The notes: generated by a model from the sequence alone, not told the origin. A stretch of 39,182 nucleotides of DNA from Bacillota bacterium (GCA_018725275.1 QLUC01000001.1:1-39182), one strand, 5' to 3'. Shown: positions 17,822-27,244, counted from the first letter of the stretch. Program-made: numbers and translations.

Positions 17822-17830
17822 TGGTAAAAT
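17822..17830 (+). promoter_or_regulatory. Candidate extended -10 element upstream of xerC
   Basis: TGgTAAAAT at 17822-17830 lies 18 nt before ATG 17848. TTGACT at 17796-17801 is too far upstream (23-nt spacer) to serve as a canonical -35. Confidence 0.3.
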
Positions 17831-17847
17831 CGTGGTGGTGATGGTGT

Positions 17848-18726
17848 ATGGAAAAACATATCAGCGGTTTTCTTCTGAACCTGTCTGCGGATAAGGGGTT
17901 TTCGCCGAAAACGATTGCGAGCTATGCCCACGATTTGGCGCAGTTCACGCATTTTTTTGGTGATGACAAGGACATCAAGGACGTTTCCCGGGTGGATATG
18001 CGGAGCTTCTTAGCCCATTTGTACAAACAGGGCTACGCAAAAAGCAGCGGAGCAAGGAAGATATCGTGTTTGCGTTCCTTTTTTGCCTACTTGCAGCGGG
18101 AACAAGTCATCGAGGGCAATCCTGCCCGTCAAATTTCCTTGCCTCGCCGAAGAAGAACCTTGCCTCTTTTCTTGCATCGTCCCGACATGGAGAAGCTTCT
18201 TGCATCCCCTCGGGATTACTTGCTTGAACAGAGGGACCGCGCGCTCTTGGAATTACTTTACGCTACCGGCTGTCGGGCGAGTGAAATCGTTAGCCTCAGG
18301 CTTGACTCCTTCGATTGGTACTCTCGCACCCTCAGGGTGATGGGCAAGGGGGGAAAGGAGCGACAGGTTCCCTTTGGGAGAATTGCAGGAGATTGTCTCT
18401 TGCGCTATCTGGAGGAAGTGCGACCAAGGCTCTTGGCTAATCCTCAAGTTGTTCATTTTTTTCTCAACTACTCGGGGCATCCCCTTTCGCAGCGGAGCAT
18501 CGGGAGGATTCTTGATAAGCACCTTAAGCGCACCAACCTGCCCGGGGAAACTACCCCCCATAGTTTGCGCCATTCTTTTGCCACCCACATGCTAGATAAC
18601 GGAGCTGATTTGCGTTCTGTTCAGGAACTGCTAGGTCATTCCTCGGTATCTACGACGCAAATTTACACCCATGTCACTAGCGAAAGAATCAGGGCAGTGT
18701 ACAACAAGGCTCATCCCCGTGCGTAG
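17848..18726 (+). CDS. xerC: Tyrosine site-specific recombinase XerC (CodV-like)
   Basis: 292 aa with catalytic R-H-R-Y contexts (ATGCRASE, HSLRHSFATH, LLGHSSVSTTQIYTHV). It shows the trmFO-xerC-codY synteny seen in Bacilli. Confidence 0.92.
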   Translation: MEKHISGFLLNLSADKGFSPKTIASYAHDLAQFTHFFGDDKDIKDVSRVDMRSFLAHLYKQGYAKSSGARKISCLRSFFAYLQREQVIEGNPARQISLPRRRRTLPLFLHRPDMEKLLASPRDYLLEQRDRALLELLYATGCRASEIVSLRLDSFDWYSRTLRVMGKGGKERQVPFGRIAGDCLLRYLEEVRPRLLANPQVVHFFLNYSGHPLSQRSIGRILDKHLKRTNLPGETTPHSLRHSFATHMLDNGADLRSVQELLGHSSVSTTQIYTHVTSERIRAVYNKAHPRA

Positions 18727-18819
18727 TTGACGCTAAGGAGTATTCTCTGCCCTATTCGAGCGCGCCGGAAGCCGCGTTATTGTTTCCGAAAGAAAAATTT
18801 ATAGACGGAGGTAAGTGTT

Positions 18820-19593
18820 GTGAATTTTCTTGATAAGACTCGCCAATTGAACAAGGTGTTGCGGCAATCAGCGGGAGAGACGGTGAGGTTTAGTGACCTG
18901 GCACAACTGTTTAGTCAGGTGTTTACTGCTAATGCCTATATCCTTAACACGCGGGGCAAGCTCCTCGGGGTTGCGCTCATTGACGAATATGATTGCGACC
19001 TCCTAAAGCGCCATGTCCGTTCCGGACGCTTCCCAGCTGATTACAATGACAAGCTCATGGGCATCCATGAGAGCAACATCAATTGTCGCGAGACCGAAAG
19101 CTGCGTCTTTGACGAGTCAGTATGCGAGCACACCAACAAGCTAACCAGCATTATCCCCATCGTGGGTAGAGGGGAAAGACTGGGGACATTGTTGATTGCG
19201 CGCTTCGATGAACCCTTGAGCAGCGATGACGTGGCCCTAGCGGAGTTTGGCGCGACTATTTTGGCCATGGAACTTCTGCGGGCCCGTCAAGAGGTCGCCA
19301 GTCAAGAATCACGCCAGCGCGCCGTAGTAGAGCTGGCAGTAGACACCTTGTCGTATTCCGAGCTTGAGGCCATTGAGCACATTATGCGCGAATTAGGCAG
19401 TGAGCAAGAGGGTCTGCTCGTGGCGAGCAAGATCGCTGATCAGGCGGGGATAACTCGCTCGGTCATAGTCAATGCCTTGCGCAAGCTCGAGAGCGCCGGG
19501 GTAATTGTCAGTCGTTCCCTAGGCATGAAGGGCACCTATATCAAAGTGTTGAATAACAAGCTACTCGAGGAATTAGCCAAAAAAGAGCACTAA
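18820..19593 (+). CDS. codY: GTP/BCAA-sensing global regulator CodY
   Basis: GTG start with RBS GGAGGT at 18807-18812. The N-terminus MNFLDKTRQLNKVL is CodY-like. It has a GAF-like domain and a C-terminal wHTH (ASKIADQAGITRSVIVNALRKLESAGVI). Confidence 0.95.
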   Translation: MNFLDKTRQLNKVLRQSAGETVRFSDLAQLFSQVFTANAYILNTRGKLLGVALIDEYDCDLLKRHVRSGRFPADYNDKLMGIHESNINCRETESCVFDESVCEHTNKLTSIIPIVGRGERLGTLLIARFDEPLSSDDVALAEFGATILAMELLRARQEVASQESRQRAVVELAVDTLSYSELEAIEHIMRELGSEQEGLLVASKIADQAGITRSVIVNALRKLESAGVIVSRSLGMKGTYIKVLNNKLLEELAKKEH

Positions 19594-19596
19594 AAG

Positions 19597-19625
19597 TTGC
19601 CTGTTATTAATGGGTATGCTATACT
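19597..19625 (+). promoter_or_regulatory. Sigma-A type promoter for rpsB-tsf
   Basis: -35 TTGCCT (19597-19602), a 17-nt spacer, and -10 TATACT (19620-19625) with a TGc extended -10 (19617-19619). It lies just after the codY stop and about 105 nt upstream of the rpsB ATG. Confidence 0.65.
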
Positions 19626-19735
19626 GACTTTCGGTGTTTAAACTACACACGCACTCCGATGGGCAAAGGTGTGTCCCCGGCAGGGGATTCTTTCCTACAT
19701 GACGGGTGCGGAGGAAAAACAAAGGAGGTATTACC

Positions 19736-20434
19736 ATGGCGGTAGTCAGCATGAAGCAACTGCTCGAGGCTGGTGTGCACTTCGGGCACCAAACGCGGCG
19801 TTGGAACCCCAAGATGGCTCCATATATCTTTATGGAGCGCAATGGCATCTACATTATCGACCTGCAAAAGACTGTCCGTAAGCTCGAGGAGGCTTACTCC
19901 TTCATCAAGAGCGTAATTAGAAATGGCGAGAGCATCCTCTTTGTGGGGACGAAGAAGCAGGCACAGGAGGCTGTGGTTGATGAAGCAGTCCGCTGTAACA
20001 TGTTTTTCGTCAACCAGCGCTGGTTGGGTGGCACCCTCACTAACTTCCAAACCATCGAGAAGCGGGTTAAGAGATTGCACGATCTTGAGCGCATGCGCGA
20101 AGATGGAACATTCTCGGCCTTACCCAAGAAAGAGGTAGTGAACCTTTATAAAGAGATGGAGCGCCTAGAGAAATTTCTCGGGGGCATCAAGAAGATGCAC
20201 GGGCTCCCCGGCGCCCTCTTTGTCATAGATCCGCGCAAGGAAAAGAACGCCATCGCCGAGGCGCGCCGACTGGGCATTCCCATTGTGGCAATCGTCGATA
20301 CAAACTGTGACCCGGATGAAATCGACTACATTATTCCAGGTAACGATGATGCTATTAGAGCCGTCAAGCTCATCACTGCGACCATTGCCGATGCAGTGCT
20401 GGAAGCACGGCAGGGCGAGCAACTGGCTGAATAG
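19736..20434 (+). CDS. rpsB: 30S ribosomal protein S2
   Basis: ATG 19736 is preceded by AAAGGAGG (19721-19728). The sequence [27 protein letters not shown] is the canonical S2 N-terminus. The ORF-track start at 19706 is an extension. Confidence 0.97.
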   Translation: MAVVSMKQLLEAGVHFGHQTRRWNPKMAPYIFMERNGIYIIDLQKTVRKLEEAYSFIKSVIRNGESILFVGTKKQAQEAVVDEAVRCNMFFVNQRWLGGTLTNFQTIEKRVKRLHDLERMREDGTFSALPKKEVVNLYKEMERLEKFLGGIKKMHGLPGALFVIDPRKEKNAIAEARRLGIPIVAIVDTNCDPDEIDYIIPGNDDAIRAVKLITATIADAVLEARQGEQLAE

Positions 20435-20469
20435 CCGTTTTATTTACAGGCAAGAAGGGAGCTCCTACT

Positions 20470-21090
20470 ATGGCCAAAATTGAAGCAAGTCTTGTTAAAG
20501 AACTCCGCGAACGCACTGGCGCCGGCATGATGGATTGCAAGAAGGCGCTCTCAGAGACTAGTGGCGACATGGAAAAAGCAGTGGAATTTTTGCGCGAGAA
20601 GGGCCTGGCCGCAGCCACTAAGAAATCTGGTCGCATCACCAGTGAGGGCATCGTCGAGTCATATATCCATGGTGGAGGGCGCATCGGCGTATTAGTCGAG
20701 ATGAATTGCGAGACTGATTTCGTAGCGAAGAATGAAGACTTTCGCGCTTTGGTACGGGATATGGCTATGCAGATCGCCGCTGCTAACCCGCAGTACATCA
20801 CCCGCGAGGAAGTGCCCACCCACATTATTGAACATGAAAAGGAAATCCTCAGGGCTCAGGCCATCAACGAGGGGAAACCCGAGAAGATCATCGACAAAAT
20901 GGTCGAGGGGCGGCTGGAGAAGTATTTTGCTGAGGTGTGCCTCATGGAGCAGAACTTCGTGCGGGAAGGCGATCAGAGCGTTAAAGAATATATTCAGTCC
21001 AAGGTTGCTGTTTTTGGTGAAAACATGGCGGTGCGCCGTTTTGCTCGCTTCCAAATGGGTGAAGGTCTGCCAAAGCGTTCTGAAGCTTAG
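20470..21090 (+). CDS. tsf: Elongation factor Ts (short about 200-aa form)
   Basis: 206 aa with the N-terminal UBA-like motif [20 protein letters not shown]. It shows the rpsB-tsf adjacency. Confidence 0.96.
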   Translation: MAKIEASLVKELRERTGAGMMDCKKALSETSGDMEKAVEFLREKGLAAATKKSGRITSEGIVESYIHGGGRIGVLVEMNCETDFVAKNEDFRALVRDMAMQIAAANPQYITREEVPTHIIEHEKEILRAQAINEGKPEKIIDKMVEGRLEKYFAEVCLMEQNFVREGDQSVKEYIQSKVAVFGENMAVRRFARFQMGEGLPKRSEA

Positions 21091-21096
21091 TGAAAA

Positions 21097-21122
21097 GGGA
21101 ACACCTCGGTGTTCCTTTTTTC
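21097..21122 (+). terminator. Rho-independent terminator after tsf
   Basis: GGAACAC(C) at 21098-21105 pairs with (G)GTGTTCC at 21108-21115, followed by TTTTTT at 21116-21121. Confidence 0.7.
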
Positions 21123-21158
21123 CGATGCGCATAATCGGGTTTCAAAGGAGGGATAAGG

Positions 21159-21884
21159 ATGGAGCGTCCTAAGTATAGTAGGGTGATCCTCAAGTTGAGT
21201 GGTGAGGCCCTCGCCGGGGAGTTAGGTTACGGCATCAGCAGTGAAGTGATTGCTGCGGTGGCCGAGCAGTTAGTGGAAATCAGGCGACGTGGCGTGGAAC
21301 TCGCCGTAGTCGTCGGTGGAGGCAATATTTGGCGTGGAGCTGTCGGCAGTGCCAAGGGCATGGATCGCGCTACGGCAGATTACATGGGTATGTTGGCCAC
21401 AGTGCTCAACGCTCTCGCCTTGCAGGATGCTATTGAGAAGCTGGGGGTGTCAACCCGGGTGCAGACGGCTATTGAGATGAGGGAGGTAGCAGAGCCTTAC
21501 ATTCGCCGCAAAGCCATCACCCATCTCGAAAAAGGATACATCGTCATCTTTGCCGCCGGCACAGGTAACCCATATTTTTCTACAGACACCACCGCCGCCC
21601 TGCGTGGGGCCGAAATTGGTGCAGAGATTATTCTAAAAGCAACCCAGGTTGATGGTGTATACGATAGCGATCCTCGCAAGAACCCCGATGCCATACGCTA
21701 CACGGAGTTGTCCTACATCGATGTTTTACAGCAAAACTTAGGGATCATGGACGCCACGGCCACCTCTCTCTCCATGGTTAATAACATCCCGATATTAGTT
21801 TTTAGCCTGGAAGATGTTAACAATATCTCTCGTGCCGCGCTCGGCGAGGACATTGGAACATATGTAAGGAGGGACACTAAGTGA
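21159..21884 (+). CDS. pyrH: UMP kinase
   Basis: 241 aa with [22 protein letters not shown] and [23 protein letters not shown] motifs. RBS AAAGGAGGG lies upstream. Confidence 0.96.
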   Translation: MERPKYSRVILKLSGEALAGELGYGISSEVIAAVAEQLVEIRRRGVELAVVVGGGNIWRGAVGSAKGMDRATADYMGMLATVLNALALQDAIEKLGVSTRVQTAIEMREVAEPYIRRKAITHLEKGYIVIFAAGTGNPYFSTDTTAALRGAEIGAEIILKATQVDGVYDSDPRKNPDAIRYTELSYIDVLQQNLGIMDATATSLSMVNNIPILVFSLEDVNNISRAALGEDIGTYVRRDTK

Positions 21885-22438
21885 TCAAGGAGATTGTCAA
21901 GGAACTAGAAGATAAAATGAAAAAAACAGTGGTAGCCTTGCAGAAAGATCTCGGGGGACTCCGCGCAGGTCGGGCGAATCCCGGACTGTTAGAAAAAATT
22001 ACTGTGGAATATTACGGTGTTCCCTCGCCCTTGGCTCAAGTGGCCACTATTACCGTGCCTGAGGCACGTTTGCTTGTCATTCAACCTTGGGATAAATCTC
22101 TGCTCAAGAGCATCGAAAAAGCTATTCAGAAGTCCGATCTCGGGTTAACTCCTAACACTGACGGCACAGTAATTCGCTTGACAATCCCGGCCTTAACACA
22201 GGAGCGCCGTAGCGAACTAGTTAAAGTGGCGAGAAAGAAGGCCGAAGACGGGCGTGTTGCCGTGCGACATCTGCGCCGTGATGGCAATGACATGATCAAA
22301 GAGTTAGAAAAAGACGGCGAAATTTCTGAAGATCAAGCTAAGAAAGCCCAGGAAGAAGTGCAAAAGCTCACGGACAAGCACATCAAAGAAGTGGAAGAAG
22401 TCCTGCTCACAAAAGAAGCAGAAATCATGGAAATATAA
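21881..22438 (+). CDS. frr: Ribosome recycling factor
   Basis: GTG start with a GTGA overlap with pyrH. 185 aa with the typical RRF sequence ([33 protein letters not shown]). Confidence 0.96.
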   Translation: MIKEIVKELEDKMKKTVVALQKDLGGLRAGRANPGLLEKITVEYYGVPSPLAQVATITVPEARLLVIQPWDKSLLKSIEKAIQKSDLGLTPNTDGTVIRLTIPALTQERRSELVKVARKKAEDGRVAVRHLRRDGNDMIKELEKDGEISEDQAKKAQEEVQKLTDKHIKEVEEVLLTKEAEIMEI

Positions 22439-22444
22439 CCCATG

Positions 22445-22468
22445 ACCCCTCTCGCCAGGGGTTTTTTG
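22445..22468 (+). terminator. Weak hairpin plus T-tract after frr
   Basis: ACCCCT (22445-50) pairs with AGGGGT (22457-62) across a 6-nt loop, followed by a T-run to 22467. Confidence 0.45.
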
Positions 22469-22484
22469 ATATAGGGGGAACAAC

Positions 22485-23198
22485 ATGGTTGATAAAATAC
22501 CGCGTCATGTGGCTATTGTCATGGATGGCAATGGTCGTTGGGCACAGAAACGTGGTCTGCCACGGATGGCAGGGCATCGCGCTGGCTTATCGGCCGCTAG
22601 GATAGCAATTGAGGAGTGTGCCGCTCTTAATATACAGTACCTTACCTTGTATGCTTTCTCTACCGAAAATTGGCAGAGGCCGCGAGCAGAGGTAGAATAT
22701 CTTATGAGTTTGCCGGAGGAATTTTGGCGCAAGGAGCGCAAGTTCTTTGAGGAACGCGAACTGCGCTTAAATTTCCTCGGTGACATGTCGGGCTTACCTG
22801 AGACAACTCGTCGGGTACTGCTTGAGGCTATGTCTTCCACTGAGGAGCGCACCAAGCTTACGGTAAACCTGGCCATGAACTACGGTGGGCGGGCCGAAAT
22901 ATTGCGCGCGGCCAAGCTCTATGCTCTGCGTTTCCCCGATGGGAGTGGTGATGAAGATGCCTTTGCGAGGGGCCTCTACACTGCGGACATGCCCGACCCA
23001 GATTTGCTCATTAGATCCGGAGGGGAGAAGAGGCTGAGCAATTTCCTCCTTTGGCAGTGCGCTTATACGGAGATTGTATTTAGCGACACTTATTGGCCGG
23101 ATTTTGGGGCTCGGCAATTTAGAGATGCTGTAGCGGAATTTCAGAAACGCCATCGCCGCCATGGAGGATTACTGGATAGGGGGGCCGGCCGTGATTAA
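22485..23198 (+). CDS. uppS: Undecaprenyl diphosphate synthase (cis-prenyltransferase)
   Basis: 237 aa with HVAIVMDGNGRWA, LTLYAFSTENWQRP and RLSNFLLWQCAYTE motifs. Confidence 0.96.
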   Translation: MVDKIPRHVAIVMDGNGRWAQKRGLPRMAGHRAGLSAARIAIEECAALNIQYLTLYAFSTENWQRPRAEVEYLMSLPEEFWRKERKFFEERELRLNFLGDMSGLPETTRRVLLEAMSSTEERTKLTVNLAMNYGGRAEILRAAKLYALRFPDGSGDEDAFARGLYTADMPDPDLLIRSGGEKRLSNFLLWQCAYTEIVFSDTYWPDFGARQFRDAVAEFQKRHRRHGGLLDRGAGRD

Positions 23199-23973
23199 AC
23201 GTATAATTACTGTCTTGGTGGCCCTACCCATCGCCGTACTGCTCACCTATGCGGGAGGACAGCCCTTCGCGCTGCTACTGGCAGCACTTGGTGTGCTGGC
23301 TATATATGAAGGTCGCAACTTGCTACTGGCGAACGAGATCCATTTTTCGCGCTTAAACTACTTATTCCCCCTCGCTTATTTGGGCGCGATCCTACTCGGT
23401 CTTGAAGACATGGCCCTACAGGTCGTGGTGGGTGGAGCAATGGTTGTTCTAACTCGTCAACTGTTGGATTTTCCTAAATTTAACCTTGTATCAGCAGGGG
23501 CTAATTTGCTCATAACCTTGTACCCGACACTGCTTCTTGGCAATATGTTGCTACTTCGCTTGCATGCCGGATGGGCATGGACCATCATTCCGCTCTTGGC
23601 GGTCTGGGTATATGACGCTGCGGCCTACGTTTTTGGCGTCAGTTTTGGTAGAATAAGAATGTGGACCTCCGTCTCTCCTAAGAAAAGTCTCGAAGGGGCC
23701 ATGGCCGGTCTGGTAGGTAGTTTGTTCGTCATACTATACATGAGGAGCCATTTGAATATCGGGCTTGTGCCTGCCTTGTTCTTAGGTTTAGTCATTGCTT
23801 TCGCGGCTCATCTCGGAGACCTTATCGAGTCGGCACTGAAACGATACGCTAGGGTCAAGGATTCCGGAGCACTCTTTCCTGGGCACGGCGGGGTGCTGGA
23901 TCGGCTTGACTCAATGATGTATGCCTCGGCGGTAGTATACTGGCTGTGGTCGGCGACTATAGGTATAGCATGA
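23191..23973 (+). CDS. cdsA: Phosphatidate cytidylyltransferase (CDP-diglyceride synthase)
   Basis: Polytopic membrane protein with the C-terminal CTP-transferase signature SALKRYARVKDSGALFPGHGGVLDRLDS. GTG 23191 is chosen for its short overlap with uppS. ATG 23161 is an in-frame alternative that would overlap uppS by 38 nt. Confidence 0.9.
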   Translation: MIKRIITVLVALPIAVLLTYAGGQPFALLLAALGVLAIYEGRNLLLANEIHFSRLNYLFPLAYLGAILLGLEDMALQVVVGGAMVVLTRQLLDFPKFNLVSAGANLLITLYPTLLLGNMLLLRLHAGWAWTIIPLLAVWVYDAAAYVFGVSFGRIRMWTSVSPKKSLEGAMAGLVGSLFVILYMRSHLNIGLVPALFLGLVIAFAAHLGDLIESALKRYARVKDSGALFPGHGGVLDRLDSMMYASAVVYWLWSATIGIA

Positions 23974-25121
23974 AAAAGATCATCGTGCTCGGTTCCACCG
24001 GTTCGATCGGCAAAGCCACCCTCGATGTAGCGCTGAAGCAACAGCAGCATTTGCAGGTGGTAGGTCTCGCTGGTGGCCAACAGTGCCAGCTGCTCATGGA
24101 GCAAGTGGCAGTTTTCCGTCCGCAATCGGTAGCGGTCCAAGATATACAGTGTGCGCAACGCCTGCGCGCGCTATATCCAGACCTAGTAATTTATAGTGGC
24201 CAAGACGCGGCGACCGAGCTGGTCAGGGAAACACCCTGTGATGTGGTTGTAGCGGCTATCAGTGGGATGGCAGGCCTAGGTCCGGTTGTAGCTGCCGCCG
24301 AACGCGGGCGAGTGATAGCTTTGGCCAACAAGGAAAGCTTGGTTGCTGCCGGTGATCTCCTGATGACCCTGGCTAAGCAGCATGGTGCGGCTATCCTGCC
24401 CGTAGATAGCGAGCACTCTGCCCTATGGCAAGCCATGCTTGCTTGGCCACGCAGGGCGGTGCGCAAACTAATTCTAACCGCCTCGGGTGGTCCATTTTTC
24501 GGTAGGTCCAAGGAAGAACTGCAGGAAGTCACTGTATCACAGGCCCTCGCCCATCCTACCTGGAAAATGGGGGGCAAAATTAGCATCGACTCAGCCACGC
24601 TGATGAACAAGGGCTTAGAAGTTATCGAAGCGCATCATCTATTCGAGTTTTCCTATGACGATATCGAGGTGCTAGTGCACCCTGAGAGCATTGTTCACTC
24701 CTTGGTGGAGTTTGTAGATGGAGCGCAAATGGCACAATGTAGTTATCCAGACATGCGTCTTCCGATTCAGTTGGCCCTGTCTTTTCCAGAGCGCTGGCCG
24801 GCGGACTATGTGACTAATCACTATGCAGGCACGTCATGGAGTTTTTCTGCACCTGACTTAAGCACTTTTCGCTGCCTGTCGCTGGCAATTGAGGCTGGTA
24901 GGAGGGGAGGGGCCTATCCGACCGTGCTTAATGCCGCTAATGAGGTGGCGGTGGCAAGTTTTTTGCGAGGGGAAACGGGGTTTCTGGCCATTGCCGAAGT
25001 GGTGGAGACGGTACTCGCCAAACAAATGCCAAAAAAAGCAGAGGTTTTATCTGAGGTCTTCGCCATTGATGAGTGGGCACGCCGACAGACTGCTACGACA
25101 ATCAAACAGAGGGCGGTGTAG
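23970..25121 (+). CDS. dxr: 1-deoxy-D-xylulose 5-phosphate reductoisomerase
   Basis: ATG 23970 has an ATGA overlap with cdsA. The N-terminal NADPH motif is MKKIIVLGSTGSIG, and DSEHSA and NKGLEVIEAH motifs are present. Confidence 0.96.
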   Translation: MKKIIVLGSTGSIGKATLDVALKQQQHLQVVGLAGGQQCQLLMEQVAVFRPQSVAVQDIQCAQRLRALYPDLVIYSGQDAATELVRETPCDVVVAAISGMAGLGPVVAAAERGRVIALANKESLVAAGDLLMTLAKQHGAAILPVDSEHSALWQAMLAWPRRAVRKLILTASGGPFFGRSKEELQEVTVSQALAHPTWKMGGKISIDSATLMNKGLEVIEAHHLFEFSYDDIEVLVHPESIVHSLVEFVDGAQMAQCSYPDMRLPIQLALSFPERWPADYVTNHYAGTSWSFSAPDLSTFRCLSLAIEAGRRGGAYPTVLNAANEVAVASFLRGETGFLAIAEVVETVLAKQMPKKAEVLSEVFAIDEWARRQTATTIKQRAV

Positions 25122-25123
25122 AG

Positions 25124-26149
25124 TTGGTTATCTTGATGGCCATCGTAATTATCGGGGTGCTGGTGTTCTTTCATGAGCTGGGACATTTTTTGACGGCAAA
25201 GGCCTCGGGTATGTTAGTGCACGAATTTGCGCTGGGGATGGGGCCTGTTTTACTGTCCATTACGAGGGGGGACACTAAATACTCTTTGCGCATGCTGCCT
25301 ATCGGAGGCTTTCTCCGCGTCGCGGGGGAAGAGCAGGAGCAAGGAAAGGTGTCCATCCCCGACGAACAACGGTATGATAAGAAGGCTGTTTGGCAACGCA
25401 TGATCTTCGTCGCAGGTGGGTCCATGATGAACTTTGTCCTTGCGGCCCTCATTTTTGCGGTTATCTTCATGGCTTTCGGCGTCCCTTCTTCAGAGCCTCT
25501 CATTGGCTCGGTTACCCCTAGCTGGCCGGCGGCAGATGCCGGTCTTGCGATGGGGGATAGGGTGGTGCGCATTGCCGGCCGTGATATTGCCAACTGGAGC
25601 GATTTGCAGAAAGCCATCGCCGGTACCACTGCTGAAACAATTGCCGTTGAAATCCTTCGTGGGGAAAAAGAAATGACCCTATCCATCGCCCCGCGTGTTG
25701 ACGAAGCTAGCGGCCGCAGATTGATAGGTGTCTCCCCAGCAAATGTCAGGCATGGGCCCCTAAAAGCCCTGTACTTGGGGACAAGGGACATGCTGTGGTT
25801 CACTGCAGAGATCATCGGTGTTGTGGGCAGGATGCTCACCGGCAGAATGCCTGCTGAGGGTGCCGGACCAATCGGCATGGTGGTCATGGTTGGCGAGGTC
25901 GCTCGCACTGGTTTGGCCAATCTCTTGTCCTTCGCCGCTATCATCAGCATCCAATTGGGAATGTTCAACTTGCTGCCTATCCCAGCGCTAGACGGCAGTA
26001 AATTGATCTTTCTGGCTATCGAAGGGTTACGGGGCAAGCCAATCAACCCCGACAAAGAGAACATGATTCATTTTATTGGTTTTGTCATGCTGATGGTTCT
26101 GATTGTCCTGATTACCTATCAGGACCTGCAGCGCTTGAACATTTTTTAG
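25124..26149 (+). CDS. rseP: Site-2 intramembrane zinc metalloprotease RseP/RasP
   Basis: It has HELGH zinc motif near the N-terminus, a central PDZ-like region and an NLLPIPALDG motif. TTG 25124 is preferred because GAGGG lies 11 nt upstream. ATG 25136 is an alternative, and the ORF-track start at 25073 overlaps dxr. Confidence 0.93.
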   Translation: MVILMAIVIIGVLVFFHELGHFLTAKASGMLVHEFALGMGPVLLSITRGDTKYSLRMLPIGGFLRVAGEEQEQGKVSIPDEQRYDKKAVWQRMIFVAGGSMMNFVLAALIFAVIFMAFGVPSSEPLIGSVTPSWPAADAGLAMGDRVVRIAGRDIANWSDLQKAIAGTTAETIAVEILRGEKEMTLSIAPRVDEASGRRLIGVSPANVRHGPLKALYLGTRDMLWFTAEIIGVVGRMLTGRMPAEGAGPIGMVVMVGEVARTGLANLLSFAAIISIQLGMFNLLPIPALDGSKLIFLAIEGLRGKPINPDKENMIHFIGFVMLMVLIVLITYQDLQRLNIF

Positions 26150-26159
26150 GGGTGAGTGT

Positions 26160-27233
26160 ATGTACCCGCGGCAAGACACCGTACCTGTGCAAGTGGGTGG
26201 TCTAATTATTGGTGGTGGAGCACCGATTGTCATTCAGTCGATGACAAACACAGCTACTGAGGATGTACAAAGTACATTGCAACAGATAGTGGCGCTGAGC
26301 AGGGCGGGGTGCGGCCTGGTGCGAGTAGCTGTGCCCCATGATGAGGCCCGCAAAGCTCTGGCGGAATTGGTCAGCAAATCTCCGGTACCCCTTGAGGCCG
26401 ATATCCATTTTGATCATCGCCTGGCCATAGGTTCCCTAGAGATGGGCGTAGCCAAAGTTCGCATCAACCCCGGCAATATCGGCGGTAACAGCAAAGTAAA
26501 AGAAGTCATCGCTGCTGCCTCGCGCCGCGGGGCGGCGGTACGCATAGGGGTTAACTCCGGGTCGCTACCGAGCGGAGTCCTCGCCAAGTATGGGGGACCT
26601 ACCGCCGAGGCGCTGGTTGAGGCGGCGCTTCAATACGAAAGGCAAATTACGGCCTGGGGTTTTGCTAACTTAGTTTTCTCCTTAAAATCATCGGATGTGT
26701 TAAAAACGGTGCGAGCCAACGAGCTATTTTCAAGGTCATCCAGATTTCCTCTCCACATTGGTATTACCGAGGCTGGCACGCGTCTTAAAGGGGCGGTACG
26801 CACGGCGGTCGGTCTAAGCTTGCTCCTTAGTCAGGGTATCGGCGACACTTTGCGGGTCTCGCTGACCGCCGATCCCCTAGATGAGGTTGTCGTGGCCAAG
26901 GAGATTCTCGCGAGTATGGGTCTTTACCCTAAGCAGCTGCATATTGTCAGTTGTCCAACCTGCGGGAGGACTGCGGGCGACCTCATTTCTTTGGCAGAGC
27001 GGGTCGAGCTTGAGCTCGAGGACCTCGCTATGGTACCTTTGCGAATTGCGGTGATGGGCTGTGCAGTTAATGGACCGGGAGAAGCCAAGGAGGCTGATCT
27101 TGGTATCGCCCTATCCCAAGACAAGGCGGTGTTGTTTCGCCGTGGGCAAGTCGTTGATATCTTAACATTAGAATCGGCAGCTGTTCGGTTGGTTGCCGAG
27201 GCTCGCCAGATGGCCTTCAATCTGACGAATTAG
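26160..27233 (+). CDS. ispG: 4-hydroxy-3-methylbut-2-enyl diphosphate synthase (IspG/GcpE)
   Basis: 357 aa with a TIM-barrel N-domain (VRINPGNIG) and Fe-S Cys contexts VSCPTCGRT and MGCAVNGPGE. Confidence 0.95.
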   Translation: MYPRQDTVPVQVGGLIIGGGAPIVIQSMTNTATEDVQSTLQQIVALSRAGCGLVRVAVPHDEARKALAELVSKSPVPLEADIHFDHRLAIGSLEMGVAKVRINPGNIGGNSKVKEVIAAASRRGAAVRIGVNSGSLPSGVLAKYGGPTAEALVEAALQYERQITAWGFANLVFSLKSSDVLKTVRANELFSRSSRFPLHIGITEAGTRLKGAVRTAVGLSLLLSQGIGDTLRVSLTADPLDEVVVAKEILASMGLYPKQLHIVSCPTCGRTAGDLISLAERVELELEDLAMVPLRIAVMGCAVNGPGEAKEADLGIALSQDKAVLFRRGQVVDILTLESAAVRLVAEARQMAFNLTN

Positions 27234-27244
27234 GGGGGTATGGC

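Noticed and set aside
17848-18726. Tyrosine recombinase as a marker of an integrated mobile element
   Set aside because: Its conserved chromosomal context (trmFO-xerC-codY) and full XerC-type catalytic motifs argue for the housekeeping dimer-resolution recombinase. There are no flanking repeats, phage genes or IS genes.
18770-18810. AT-rich stretch upstream of codY (TTTCCGAAAGAAAAATTT) as a CodY box (AATTTTCWGAAAATT)
   Set aside because: The best manual alignments have about 7 mismatches out of 15, which is not convincing without a PWM score.
20692-21172. 146-aa ORFs on both strands overlapping the 3' half of tsf and the tsf-pyrH spacer
   Set aside because: They overlap a well-supported EF-Ts gene and cross its terminator. 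They have no RBS or recognisable domains.
23161-23190. ATG 23161 as the cdsA start, giving a 38-nt overlap with uppS
   Set aside because: There is no RBS upstream of it. GTG 23191 gives a typical about 260-aa CdsA beginning at the first TM helix. It is kept only as an alternative.
25171-26064. 297-aa ORF on the minus strand, the longest antisense ORF in the window
   Set aside because: It lies entirely antisense to rseP, whose HELGH, PDZ and LDG motifs are clear. The product is low-complexity (Pro/Ser/Ala/Arg/Ile-rich) with no RBS or recognisable motif. This is typical stop-poor antisense reading of a GC-rich gene.
26375-26404. Perfect sigma-D -10-like octamer GCCGATAT (26397-26404)
   Set aside because: It lies inside the ispG coding sequence. 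The only -35-like element (CAAA at 26375-78) is 18 nt away rather than about 15, and no flagellar or autolysin gene lies downstream. It is probably a chance match.
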